Virus record (IMG/VR): IMGVR_UViG_3300033508_000366
Location: 13,460-77,459 of that record
DNA from: a virus
DNA length: 64,000 nt
Direction: 5' to 3' (one strand)
In this document: positions 9,289 to 18,363 of the stretch, one piece after another
Layout: each line of letters starts with the position of its first letter
Numbering within the stretch: the stretch's first letter is position 1
Translations under genes and position numbers: made by a program
Notes under the pieces: generated by a model
Databases searched by the model: none
What the model was told of the DNA's origin: nothing
What the model saw: only the letters and a program-made list of their open reading frames with translations

Positions 9289-9903
9289 TTAGATGAACTC
9301 ATTACGTAACATTTCGTTAAATTTAGTAATATCAAATAGTGGATTGATATCACTACTATCCTCAATATAATTACTTCTAAAGACGATACCTCTGAATTTT
9401 TGAGTTTCTTTATGATGATGATGAAAATCAATTAATAGTTTTGGAATACCAAATTCGTCACAAAGAGTTCTACACAATTCAACGGTACTCAGCATCTGTT
9501 CATCACTAAACTTTTCCCAATAACGATAGCCAAGCCAATTTTTTTCAGAAACCATATTTTCATCACAAACTTCATTAAGCCAATTAATATGTTTTCCAGA
9601 TGGTGTTTCAAATAAACATCCCATGTTTTCCAGCATAATTGAAATTGTTCGCCTATCCACTTCTTTTATACCAAGAAAATCTGAGTGAAAATTTGGGTCA
9701 AAATGTTGATAAACATTACCATTTCTCGATATACTATATGTACACCATTTTTTAGTGTTGCCAAATTCTTTGTGTTGTAATCTTGTGATATGATAATTAT
9801 TTTTTCTCAAGCTAATTGCAAGCACAATTTGAGTTTTCGGTGAATTTGTTTTATATCGATTATTTTCCGATATTTTATATGTTTCCTTGTCTATGTGCAT
9901 CAT
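9289..9903 (-). CDS. Amidase_2-fold protein lacking Zn-binding histidines
   Basis: Aligns by eye with the 3416 amidase (KTQIVL, YSISRNGNVYQHF, ISIMLE, KFSDEQM, SDINP). HHT is replaced by AIS and VWTH by IVFR. Confidence 0.75.
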   Translation of the reverse strand: MMHIDKETYKISENNRYKTNSPKTQIVLAISLRKNNYHITRLQHKEFGNTKKWCTYSISRNGNVYQHFDPNFHSDFLGIKEVDRRTISIMLENMGCLFETPSGKHINWLNEVCDENMVSEKNWLGYRYWEKFSDEQMLSTVELCRTLCDEFGIPKLLIDFHHHHKETQKFRGIVFRSNYIEDSSDINPLFDITKFNEMLRNEFI

Positions 9904-10345
9904 AATTCATATATATTATCTCGACACCACCTTCAGCCAATTTTTGTAATGCTAATTTAAATCCTGCACCAAACTGAGGGTTATTAAAATCAGGTTCTTT
10001 ATCACAAAAAATGCGTTTTATTCCTGCATTTACTATCATACCAGCACATTTTGAACAAGGAAACCAATTGACATACATGTCAGCATCTTTAGTAATTTGT
10101 CCATGTCGAGCAGCGTTCATGATTGCATTTTCTTCCGCATGTAAAACCCAATCATACTTGGCGGGTCTTTCATGTCTTTCTTCTTTTTCATCGTCACACC
10201 CTCTTGGAAATCCATTATATCCCATTGATATTGGATTTTTGTCTCTAACTATTACTGCACCCACTTTTGTACTACGGTCTTTACTCCAACCAGCAATATG
10301 GTCAGCAAGTACCATAAACCTTAAATCCCAATTAGTATTACTCAT
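9875..10345 (-). CDS. dCMP deaminase
   Basis: HAEENAI and PCSKC zinc-deaminase motifs; SKDRSTKVGAVIV and MGYNGFPRG. Confidence 0.93.
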   Translation of the reverse strand: MSNTNWDLRFMVLADHIAGWSKDRSTKVGAVIVRDKNPISMGYNGFPRGCDDEKEERHERPAKYDWVLHAEENAIMNAARHGQITKDADMYVNWFPCSKCAGMIVNAGIKRIFCDKEPDFNNPQFGAGFKLALQKLAEGGVEIIYMNYDAHRQGNI

Positions 10346-10349
10346 AATA

Positions 10350-10547
10350 TTATGTTAATTTCCACCATCTATTTTTTGTCAATCCTCTTGCTTTCACAAT
10401 TAATTTCTGCAATTCTTCATAATTAAAATCATCCTTATCAAAATCACCATCAATATCTGCGAGGTCATTTTTAGCAAGTTTATTGACAATTTTTAAGGCT
10501 TCTTTAATTAAATTACCTTTCTCAAAAGCTTCTACGTCTTCCATCAT
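10350..10547 (-). CDS. hypothetical protein
   Basis: 65 aa ORF in operon spacing. Confidence 0.55.
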   Translation of the reverse strand: MMEDVEAFEKGNLIKEALKIVNKLAKNDLADIDGDFDKDDFNYEELQKLIVKARGLTKNRWWKLT

Positions 10548-10551
10548 ATTT

Positions 10552-11703
10552 TTATTTTATATTTTCAAGTGCTCGGTATGCATCATCAAAATGTTCAATA
10601 ACATTCTGTGCTTCATTATAGCTCATTACAATAAATCTTCTTTTACCAGTTGTAGAAAAAATACCCAAATTATCCATTTCTTTTAAAAATTCGTCAACTA
10701 ATTTATTCGAATTCTGTAAAGTGGTTTTTTCTGCAACAATTTCTTTTAGTTCCATTCCACTAATTACCCTATCACCAGTAGTTAACTTACCATCTTTATA
10801 CACAAAGGACAATAATGAACGATATCTATCTTTTTTCTGATAAATTTTTTCAAATTTTTGTTGATTAAGCACATATAAATTATACTCATACCATTCTCTA
10901 AAATAAACACCACCAATAATAATTGCTTCTGCAAATATAGCAATAATTATGAATAAAAAAATATTTTTTGTATCTTCTGTTGCATTACCAGCAATGGTTT
11001 TATTAAGACCAGTTTTTAGTTCTTCAACCCTTTGTTTTAACTGCTCGTCAATTTTATTTATTTCAGCTTGGTTGCTTTCAATAATTTTCGTGTTTTTATC
11101 AATACTTTCTTGATAATCCCTACGTACTGTTGCATAATTGATTGGTGTTTGTGCCAAAGTATTACGCAAATCATTATTTACGTTTCGCAATGCTTGATTA
11201 TCTACTTCATATACCTTCTTTTTATTCTCATATGTTATTGCAAGATTATCTTTTTGAATATCAATCGTTGTCATTGCCACAGTATTTTTAACTGAACTCG
11301 TACTTGCAAGATTTTTTGCTCCAACAAGTGAAAGAAAAAAGCTTAATGATATTATTGCTAAAGATATGGTTAACCATCCAAGTAATGAAGCACTTATTTT
11401 TCTACCACTCGCAACAAAATCAGATGAAAAGTTTCTAAATAAATATCGTTTTACTATTTCAAATATAATGAGAAACGTATTTGCAAATATAAAAGCTAAT
11501 ACCGTACCCCACATACCAGATACCAAATTAATGGATATTGCCTTTAATAATGCAGGGTATAATAAAAAATATGCAAAAAAAATTGAAACTAAGTTTCCAA
11601 CGAATGAAAAACTATATAACCATTTATCCAATCCCTTATTATTTCCTTCGAAATCTTTGGTGCTAATCTTCTTTCTTAATTCATCATATTTCTTTAAATC
11701 CAT
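10552..11703 (-). CDS. multi-TM membrane protein with coiled coil and C-terminal helical domain
   Basis: Three N-terminal TM segments, a long coiled coil, a further TM (IFLFIIIAIFAEAIIIGG), then a soluble C-terminal domain. Confidence 0.7.
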   Translation of the reverse strand: MDLKKYDELRKKISTKDFEGNNKGLDKWLYSFSFVGNLVSIFFAYFLLYPALLKAISINLVSGMWGTVLAFIFANTFLIIFEIVKRYLFRNFSSDFVASGRKISASLLGWLTISLAIISLSFFLSLVGAKNLASTSSVKNTVAMTTIDIQKDNLAITYENKKKVYEVDNQALRNVNNDLRNTLAQTPINYATVRRDYQESIDKNTKIIESNQAEINKIDEQLKQRVEELKTGLNKTIAGNATEDTKNIFLFIIIAIFAEAIIIGGVYFREWYEYNLYVLNQQKFEKIYQKKDRYRSLLSFVYKDGKLTTGDRVISGMELKEIVAEKTTLQNSNKLVDEFLKEMDNLGIFSTTGKRRFIVMSYNEAQNVIEHFDDAYRALENIK

Positions 11704-11739
11704 GACACAATTTTTTACATAAATAGTAAAAAATATGTT

Positions 11740-14700
11740 TTATTCGAGTATTAATGATGATATACCGTCTTCATTTAATTCAACACTTATCAAATAATCG
11801 GGGTTTATTTCGGCATTATGCTCAATAATTAATATTCTTTTTGTGTTGGTTTTCATTGTGTGAAGAAGCTCAACAAATTCTTCTACACTATTCTCATCCA
11901 ATTTACCCATAACTTCATCCAATAAAAATATTGTTGGTTTAGCTTTCACATTGATTTGGTTCAATGCAAATTTTAATACAACACTGGAGAACGTTCTTTC
12001 TTTACCACTGGCACTAATACAATCAATGACGGCTGTAGGTCTATTATTATATACTAATTTGGGTCTTAAATCATCGATATCAAGCCATACTTTAAACGGA
12101 ACTACGCTTAATATGCTTTCCAACGTCAAATTAATTTTAGGTATTATATAGTTCACCAACATTTGTCTTGGTATTCCATCCCTATGAACACATTTCTTAT
12201 ACAATTCCATAACCATGTCACGATATTCTTGAAGCTTAAATTCTTCAATCAATATCTTGTTATTCATTATTTTTAATTGTTTTTCACCAATTTGTGTTTT
12301 TCTAATATAAATATCTTCCCTTTCACTCGCCTCATCTGTTTCAAGTTCAGTTAGTCTTAATTTAGCTGCAGTAATACCCTTTTCAATCTTTTGATTTTCT
12401 TCAATTTGTTTTAAACTATTATCATAGTTATCGATTTTTTGTTGAAGAATCTGGATGTTTAGTTTCTCATTTTCAATTTTAGTTGGAATCTGGTCTAATT
12501 CAATTTGTAATTCCTTCCGTTTTTCAACATCATTCTTATCATTGGTAATTACGCCAATTTCCTTAAGAATGTTCTCCATTGCAAGGGAAAGCTTTTCAAT
12601 CTCACCATTAATTCTCGCAATCTCACTTATTTGAGTATTAATAATTTTCTGATGTTTCAATTTATCAACATTTTCTTTAGCCTTAATCTGGTCGGCAATG
12701 CTGAACATTCTTTCTTCTTTTTCCTTAATAGATTTACTTATATGGTCTTTATGTTCCTGTTTCTCAATCACCTGTCCACACTGACTACAATTTTTACTAT
12801 TTTTAAGGTCGGCAATTTCCCTTTTAAGTTTAACACCCTCTTCTTTTAATCTAAAGATATCACCATTGATTATTTCGATTTTATGTTCTTCATCGGTTTT
12901 AATTTGTTCAAAACCTTTTATTTCTAATTTAAAATTATATTCATTCGTCTTATGCGCATCTTTTTTATCTGTAAGTTTATTTAGTTTCTCAACATCATAG
13001 GTTTCTTTTAACGGCTTAATATTCTCTTCAATTACTGCTTTACGTGCCCGTAAATCGACTATCGCCCTATTATGGTCTCCTATATCAGCTTTGGTATCAT
13101 CTACGTTTAAATTGTAAATTTCGGGGTCGATTTTAAATAATTTTTTTGTCAGGTCTTCAACATATTTTCTTCCCTTGGTTATATTCTCCTGAACTTCTGG
13201 AAGCTTAATTGTTTCAATCTGATTTATTTCACCATTTAAATCAGTAATTTCTTGGGTTAATATTGCATTAAGTTGAGTCGTAGCTTCAATATTACAGCTA
13301 AGTCTTTGTTTTTCATTTACCCTTTTATTAACAACTTTCCAACCCTCAAGTTTTTTATCGAAAATATCCAACCCACTATCGAATAATAGTGAATCAATAA
13401 AAACAGCCATATCATTTGACAATATTCTATTAAGTGTATCACTTGTAGTCATAACGATACGCATAAAATTATCGTATGAACCAACAATATTTTCAATTTT
13501 TTTCTGAGTTTTTACTCTACGGTCTTCATCCAATTTATCTAATGATGTTTCATCATTCATTTCATCATCAGGTGTTGAAAGCATATAATAACTCAATGTT
13601 GTTGGAGCACCATTAATTGTGCCGTCTCTTGCCACACTAAGTTCGGTTTTCTTTTTTATTCCATAATATTCACCATTTGCTTCAATTACTAAATATGCAT
13701 CACAAAATTTTGCACCATTTCTATTATTAACAAAACGCTTATCACCAAACTTCATTCTTGATTCCGTTTCAAGTGTTTTGCCAAACAGTACATATGAAAT
13801 TAGCTTCATTATTGTAGTTTTACCCGCAGTGTTTATTCCAGTAATCTGAAATAAACCATCCATATCACGCCAATCAATATCAAGTTTCTCATATGACATG
13901 AAATTATTTCCACCAAATTTAATAACGTTCCACTCAACACTAACATCATCAGTTACATCGATTTCACTTAAAATTTCTTCGTCAAGCGCAATTACATCAG
14001 CAATTACACTTTCCTCAACACCAATTTTAGTTAAAAACTCTTTAAATATTTCATGTTGAACTTCTTTTGAAGTAACGTTTTCCAATGTAACATTTTCGCT
14101 TACATCAATTTTCTCGGTTTCCAGAAATTCGTTTTTATGTGAAAAAACAACATTAACATTATTGTATTTGGTTTTCACATATTCAATTAGTTTTCTTTCC
14201 GAATCTTTACTTCTTGTTTGTGGTAATGTACCCCAAACAAATCTAATTTTCATGTGTTTTGTTGGATTTTCTATTTCGAAATCCAAATCTTCGAAATCGG
14301 TATATGGTGTTATTTTTACGTTTTTAAACGAATAGTCGTTTGCAATAGAAACTTCCTCAACACTGTGATTCTTAACGTCCCATAAAAGGTAACCATGAAA
14401 ATTCTCATCACCCTCTGTAACATCCTGTGCAATTAATGAACCACAAAATCCTTTTGTTTTAGCTTTATCAAAATACTGCATTCGATGAATATCACCGAAG
14501 AACGAAAAGTCTCCTTTGAAGTCACTGATTTTATAATAAGATTTACTACTCATTTCAAAACCAGTTGTTGATTTACAACCAGTAATTGGGTCATGAAATA
14601 AATCAATATAAACTCTTGCATTAGATTTTCTATTGATTTCAAGTTTTCCTTCTTTTGTTTTCCACGGATTATTATTTTTTTCTCCATGATGCCAAACAGC

Positions 14701-16041
14701 CCAAGTCACATTTTCATCATCAAAAAAACCTGTTGAATCAAAATAAATAACATTTGGGTTATGTAGGGTTTCCACAATAGCCTTAACACTATCAACACGC
14801 TTTAAATTCTTCTTACGACAATTACCAGTAATAAATGGTCTTCCCTTATATCTAATAAATAGATTTTCATTAGGTACTGTTAAACAATACACATTGCCAT
14901 CATATTGAATATCAGTAATTTCCTCTATTTGAGTTGTTTTTGAATCATTATTTATTATGATGAAAAAAATATATTGTCTTTTAGAATTTCCATAATTTCC
15001 AAACACATCACTATCTTGAACATATCCCGAATAACCGACATAGTTTGATATTGTTGTTAATATTTCGGCATTTTGATTATATATCGTGGCACATGCGTAT
15101 CTATCATTTTCAATTAATGACCCATCACCACTCAAATATCCATTAATAAATGATTTGATTTTAAATTTAGATTGATTTAATAATCCCATTTCATAAGACA
15201 ATTCTTTTTTATAATTAAAAAATTTCATTATGTCTCGTGCATATTGAGAATAAATGCAAATAACCTTAGTATTCCTTTTTTTATCGCCATCTCTGAGTTT
15301 ATATGGAATTTTCAATCCACTCAATAAATCACATAAATAATTAATTTTTCTTTCCTTTTTGAAATGAAACTGAACCCTCCCGTTCATAGTATTTTGGTTT
15401 TTAATTACAAATGTAGCATCTGCCAAACAAAAACCAAGCAACTCAAACCATTTATCAAAACCATCGATAATCTCTTTAGAACGTAAAGGAATTCTATAAT
15501 CACTATTTAAATCAACAGTGTCTGCATACTTTTTAACATAACTATTGTTTGAATATTGATGTAATAATATTTCGTGTGTTGGGGTGACTTTAAATTCGCA
15601 TTTATTGGTTCTAAATTGTTTCAAATTACCCTTAAATTGTTTTACAACTTTTTCATCAGGCATTTGAAATTCAAGATGTTCATTGTTGGGATTAAATGTT
15701 AATACCTCCATATCAGACCCCAAATTTATATAATCAACTAGTGTTTTCCAACCATCTTTAGTTAAAATCTCATGGTCACCAGTAAAACAGTCATGATTAC
15801 CTCTGGTTACACGAACTTGAGCAATTTTACTCAATTCGTTGAGTAAATCGCTCGCCAATATCAATTGTTCCCCCTGAAGGTCGAGATAATCGTGAACTAA
15901 ATCGCCAACAATTACGATTCTATCTGGTTTTTTTATTGTTAATGATGCTATTAGCCTTTTAAATACTTGTTGATATTCTTCGCTACGTGTTGGAGTTTTA
16001 CGGATGTGCACGTCAGCAATGTGGGCAATCGTCTCTATCAT
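11740..16041 (-). CDS. fused Mre11/SbcD nuclease-Rad50/SbcC ATPase containing an intein
   Basis: Phosphoesterase motifs HIADVH, GDLVH, GNHD, WHH and FGDIH. ATPase motifs: Walker A GINTAGKTT, Zn-hook CSQC, signature SASGKE, Walker B LLDE, and EH switch. One uninterrupted ORF. Confidence 0.9.
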   Translation of the reverse strand: MIETIAHIADVHIRKTPTRSEEYQQVFKRLIASLTIKKPDRIVIVGDLVHDYLDLQGEQLILASDLLNELSKIAQVRVTRGNHDCFTGDHEILTKDGWKTLVDYINLGSDMEVLTFNPNNEHLEFQMPDEKVVKQFKGNLKQFRTNKCEFKVTPTHEILLHQYSNNSYVKKYADTVDLNSDYRIPLRSKEIIDGFDKWFELLGFCLADATFVIKNQNTMNGRVQFHFKKERKINYLCDLLSGLKIPYKLRDGDKKRNTKVICIYSQYARDIMKFFNYKKELSYEMGLLNQSKFKIKSFINGYLSGDGSLIENDRYACATIYNQNAEILTTISNYVGYSGYVQDSDVFGNYGNSKRQYIFFIIINNDSKTTQIEEITDIQYDGNVYCLTVPNENLFIRYKGRPFITGNCRKKNLKRVDSVKAIVETLHNPNVIYFDSTGFFDDENVTWAVWHHGEKNNNPWKTKEGKLEINRKSNARVYIDLFHDPITGCKSTTGFEMSSKSYYKISDFKGDFSFFGDIHRMQYFDKAKTKGFCGSLIAQDVTEGDENFHGYLLWDVKNHSVEEVSIANDYSFKNVKITPYTDFEDLDFEIENPTKHMKIRFVWGTLPQTRSKDSERKLIEYVKTKYNNVNVVFSHKNEFLETEKIDVSENVTLENVTSKEVQHEIFKEFLTKIGVEESVIADVIALDEEILSEIDVTDDVSVEWNVIKFGGNNFMSYEKLDIDWRDMDGLFQITGINTAGKTTIMKLISYVLFGKTLETESRMKFGDKRFVNNRNGAKFCDAYLVIEANGEYYGIKKKTELSVARDGTINGAPTTLSYYMLSTPDDEMNDETSLDKLDEDRRVKTQKKIENIVGSYDNFMRIVMTTSDTLNRILSNDMAVFIDSLLFDSGLDIFDKKLEGWKVVNKRVNEKQRLSCNIEATTQLNAILTQEITDLNGEINQIETIKLPEVQENITKGRKYVEDLTKKLFKIDPEIYNLNVDDTKADIGDHNRAIVDLRARKAVIEENIKPLKETYDVEKLNKLTDKKDAHKTNEYNFKLEIKGFEQIKTDEEHKIEIINGDIFRLKEEGVKLKREIADLKNSKNCSQCGQVIEKQEHKDHISKSIKEKEERMFSIADQIKAKENVDKLKHQKIINTQISEIARINGEIEKLSLAMENILKEIGVITNDKNDVEKRKELQIELDQIPTKIENEKLNIQILQQKIDNYDNSLKQIEENQKIEKGITAAKLRLTELETDEASEREDIYIRKTQIGEKQLKIMNNKILIEEFKLQEYRDMVMELYKKCVHRDGIPRQMLVNYIIPKINLTLESILSVVPFKVWLDIDDLRPKLVYNNRPTAVIDCISASGKERTFSSVVLKFALNQINVKAKPTIFLLDEVMGKLDENSVEEFVELLHTMKTNTKRILIIEHNAEINPDYLISVELNEDGISSLILE
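14821..15789 (-). mobile_element. intein (323 aa) with LAGLIDADG endonuclease
   Basis: Starts CFTGDHEILTKDGW; block B VTPTH; LLGFCLADA and FINGYLSGDG; ends VYCLTVPNENLFIRYKGRPFITGN followed by the extein Cys. Confidence 0.92.
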
Positions 16042-16056
16042 ATATAAATTTTTTTA

Positions 16057-16064
16057 CAAATATA
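16057..16064 (-). promoter_or_regulatory. Bacteroidota-type sigmaA -7 element TAnnTTTG (TATATTTG)
   Basis: 15 nt upstream of the Mre11-Rad50 start. Confidence 0.5.
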
Positions 16065-16157
16065 TCTAAAACCCCTATTAGATGCAAGGATTTTTAAAAA
16101 TTGTCAGAATGTCAGCGTTTGTCTTAAAATCATATAAATTATGTCAGATTACTTCGC

Positions 16158-16172
16158 TGGCATCGATTTTGA
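16158..16172 (+). promoter_or_regulatory. sigma54-like -24/-12 element
   Basis: TGGCATCGATTTTGA has GG-N10-GA spacing about 40 nt upstream of the hsp20 ATG; the -12 is GA rather than GC. Confidence 0.35.
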
Positions 16173-16213
16173 TTAGCTTAGAGAAAATAACTTTATATAA
16201 AAAATTTAAAACT

Positions 16214-16627
16214 ATGTTAGCAATAAGAAGTAAGTATCCTACAATTAATTTATTCGATGCACTTTTCGAAGACGCATTTGATTTTCCTGAAATTAATACT
16301 GAAGTAAAATCACCAATTCATGATGTAATTGAAAATGAAATTGAATTTCAGGTTGAGATGTTATTGGCTGGAGTAAAGAAAGAAGACATTAGTATTGATG
16401 TAGAAAAAAACGTTTTGACTATTAAAGCCGAACGTAAGGAAATTAAAGACATTCAATATAATCGCAAACAAACTTATTTTGGTAAATATGAAAGAATATT
16501 CAAGTTGCCAGATAATGTCGATAAAGAAAAAATTGATGCTTCGTTGGTTGATGGTATACTTAAAATAATCATACCAAAAATTGAAATAGATGCGAAGTTA
16601 AGTAAAAAAGCCATTGAAATTAAGTAA
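16214..16627 (+). CDS. hsp20: small heat shock protein (Hsp20/alpha-crystallin)
   Basis: LAGVKKEDISIDVEKNVLTIKAER, FERIF-like YERIFKLPDNVD, and ASLVDGILKIIIPK. Probable start is MLAIR at 16214. Confidence 0.93.
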   Translation: MLAIRSKYPTINLFDALFEDAFDFPEINTEVKSPIHDVIENEIEFQVEMLLAGVKKEDISIDVEKNVLTIKAERKEIKDIQYNRKQTYFGKYERIFKLPDNVDKEKIDASLVDGILKIIIPKIEIDAKLSKKAIEIK

Positions 16628-16649
16628 TTTGTATTAGAAGTCCATGAAT

Positions 16650-16677
16650 AAAAAGGTGTCGAATTCGACACCTTTTT
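16650..16677. terminator. bidirectional terminator, perfect 28-bp palindrome
   Basis: AAAAAGGTGTCGAATTCGACACCTTTTT between the convergent hsp20 and sigma genes. Confidence 0.8.
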
Positions 16678-17295
16678 TTATTCAAATACGATTTCTTTAT
16701 TTTTTTTCAATTTTGTTTTGATGTAATTCACTTTATTACTAACAGTACTACTGGTAAGATTAAATTCTTTTCCAATTTCATTGTAATCATAACCCTGTAC
16801 GTATTTCATATCCAATAACGTGTAGTCTGCGGGTGATAATTGTGTTGTTATATAGCTAATGGAACTACAATTTTCAAAATCAGTGGTACTACATGTGGTT
16901 ATCATTCCTAAATTAGAAGAATCAACAGACCAGTCAATTGAACCAGTATTAGAGTTATATTGACACGTATTATCATTGAATGTTAATGTCGAATTACTTA
17001 GTGAAGTAAGTGTAATTGTATTGCTTCGCCATTTATCAATCATATAATGTTTGGCAATATTGATAACCCATGTCTTAAATTTACCCTTAGTTTTATCATA
17101 CGTGTTTAACCCTAAGAATATCTTAATCATTATTTCAGACACATCGTCATCAATATCATAATAATTTAAATATTTACTTCGTATATAATCTTTTACTATT
17201 TTTCTATATTTATTATATAAGACTTCTTGTGCTCCCAGATTGCCATCCAAAATATTTTGAATAAGAATCCCGTCTTCCTGCTCTATTATAATCAT
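16678..17295 (-). CDS. ECF-type RNA polymerase sigma factor
   Basis: Region 2 (DIDDDVSEIMIKIF...KFKTWVINIAKHYMIDKWR) and region 4 HTH (GYDYNEIGKEFNLTSSTVSNKV). Probable start is MIIIEQED at 17295. Confidence 0.88.
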   Translation of the reverse strand: MIIIEQEDGILIQNILDGNLGAQEVLYNKYRKIVKDYIRSKYLNYYDIDDDVSEIMIKIFLGLNTYDKTKGKFKTWVINIAKHYMIDKWRSNTITLTSLSNSTLTFNDNTCQYNSNTGSIDWSVDSSNLGMITTCSTTDFENCSSISYITTQLSPADYTLLDMKYVQGYDYNEIGKEFNLTSSTVSNKVNYIKTKLKKNKEIVFE

Positions 17296-18295
17296 ATGGT
17301 TTCTGCAACTTATTAATAAAGTTATCGTCAATGGTTAATTGTCTTGCACTATAAAGTGCTTTTATGACTTCATCGATTCCTTGTTTTTTTCTTAGTTCAT
17401 CAAGGTCATCATTTGTTGGTAATTTAACGATTCTTACCCTTTCTTCGCTGCCAGCATAAATGGTCTGTAGCGTATAATATAATTCGATGCTATTCTTATA
17501 TGCATCAGGGTCTAATAAAATAACAACATCTGGTTTTAATTCTTTCAGTTTTAGAAACAACGTAGTTGATAACGATTTCCCTAACAATGGAATAATATTA
17601 ACAGGAAAGCTTAACATATCAAACGTACCTTCAACAAGGTATACGGAAGAATCCCAATTCACAAGACCTTCATTAAAAATAATCATATCCTTATCAGCAT
17701 GGGGATTTAAATAAGGTATTTTCTTTTTAATTTTGAGGTCATTTCCATAATATCTACCAACAAAATAATTAATTTCTCCGTTAATATCAAAAGACGGAAT
17801 AATTATTCTCTCAGCGTATTTTCCAGTGGTGCAAAAACCAAGCCGATATTTTAATATAATTTCTCGACTTATTTTTCTTTCAGTAACCAAATAACTATAT
17901 GCTTTGAAATGTTCTGAATTATTTAGTTCCATTTGACTAAAATATATCATCTCATCAGGAAGCTTTACTTGTACATATTCTTTTTCATCTTCGTCTCCAA
18001 CATAATCAGAAAATGTACCAGCATAGGCTTTATAGATTTGATAATCGGCAGAAGAACCGAGAATTCGAATCAATCTACCAAGTGACCCACTGAACTTGGG
18101 GTCATCACATTTCCAACACCTAAATTGACGTTTTGCAGTATTGATTTCTAAATTAAACTTACCATCAGGATACGGCAATCCATCTCGTTCTTGACAACGA
18201 GGACAGTTAACTTGCAATTGTTCTGACACTTGCAAGCCATTAACATCCGTAAAGATGTTCTGAATTATAGAATGAAATTCCAGTCCTCTTACCAT
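17213..18295 (-). CDS. dnaG: DNA primase (Zn finger + TOPRIM)
   Basis: CPRC...CWKC zinc finger, RIIIPSFD, YLVEGTFD, LLDPDA and DDLDE. Confidence 0.88.
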   Translation of the reverse strand: MVRGLEFHSIIQNIFTDVNGLQVSEQLQVNCPRCQERDGLPYPDGKFNLEINTAKRQFRCWKCDDPKFSGSLGRLIRILGSSADYQIYKAYAGTFSDYVGDEDEKEYVQVKLPDEMIYFSQMELNNSEHFKAYSYLVTERKISREIILKYRLGFCTTGKYAERIIIPSFDINGEINYFVGRYYGNDLKIKKKIPYLNPHADKDMIIFNEGLVNWDSSVYLVEGTFDMLSFPVNIIPLLGKSLSTTLFLKLKELKPDVVILLDPDAYKNSIELYYTLQTIYAGSEERVRIVKLPTNDDLDELRKKQGIDEVIKALYSARQLTIDDNFINKLQKPYDYNRAGRRDSYSKYFGWQSGSTRSLI

Positions 18296-18299
18296 GAAG

Positions 18300-18307
18300 C
18301 AAATATA
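18300..18307 (-). promoter_or_regulatory. TAnnTTTG element (TATATTTG)
   Basis: Ends 4 nt upstream of the primase ATG. Confidence 0.45.
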
Positions 18308-18313
18308 AAAAAA

Positions 18314-18345
18314 AATTGCTCTAAAACAAAGTGTTTAGAGCAATT
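18314..18345 (-). terminator. intrinsic terminator hairpin
   Basis: AATTGCTCTAAA / TTTAGAGCAATT 12-bp stem followed by a U-run on the minus strand. Confidence 0.75.
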
Positions 18346-18363
18346 CACATTAAAATATTTTTA

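Noticed and set aside
16082-16213. N-terminal extension of Hsp20 given by the ORF track
   Set aside because: The extension covers regulatory-looking DNA and has no Hsp20-like character. The ATG at 16214 after an A-rich leader is the more plausible start.
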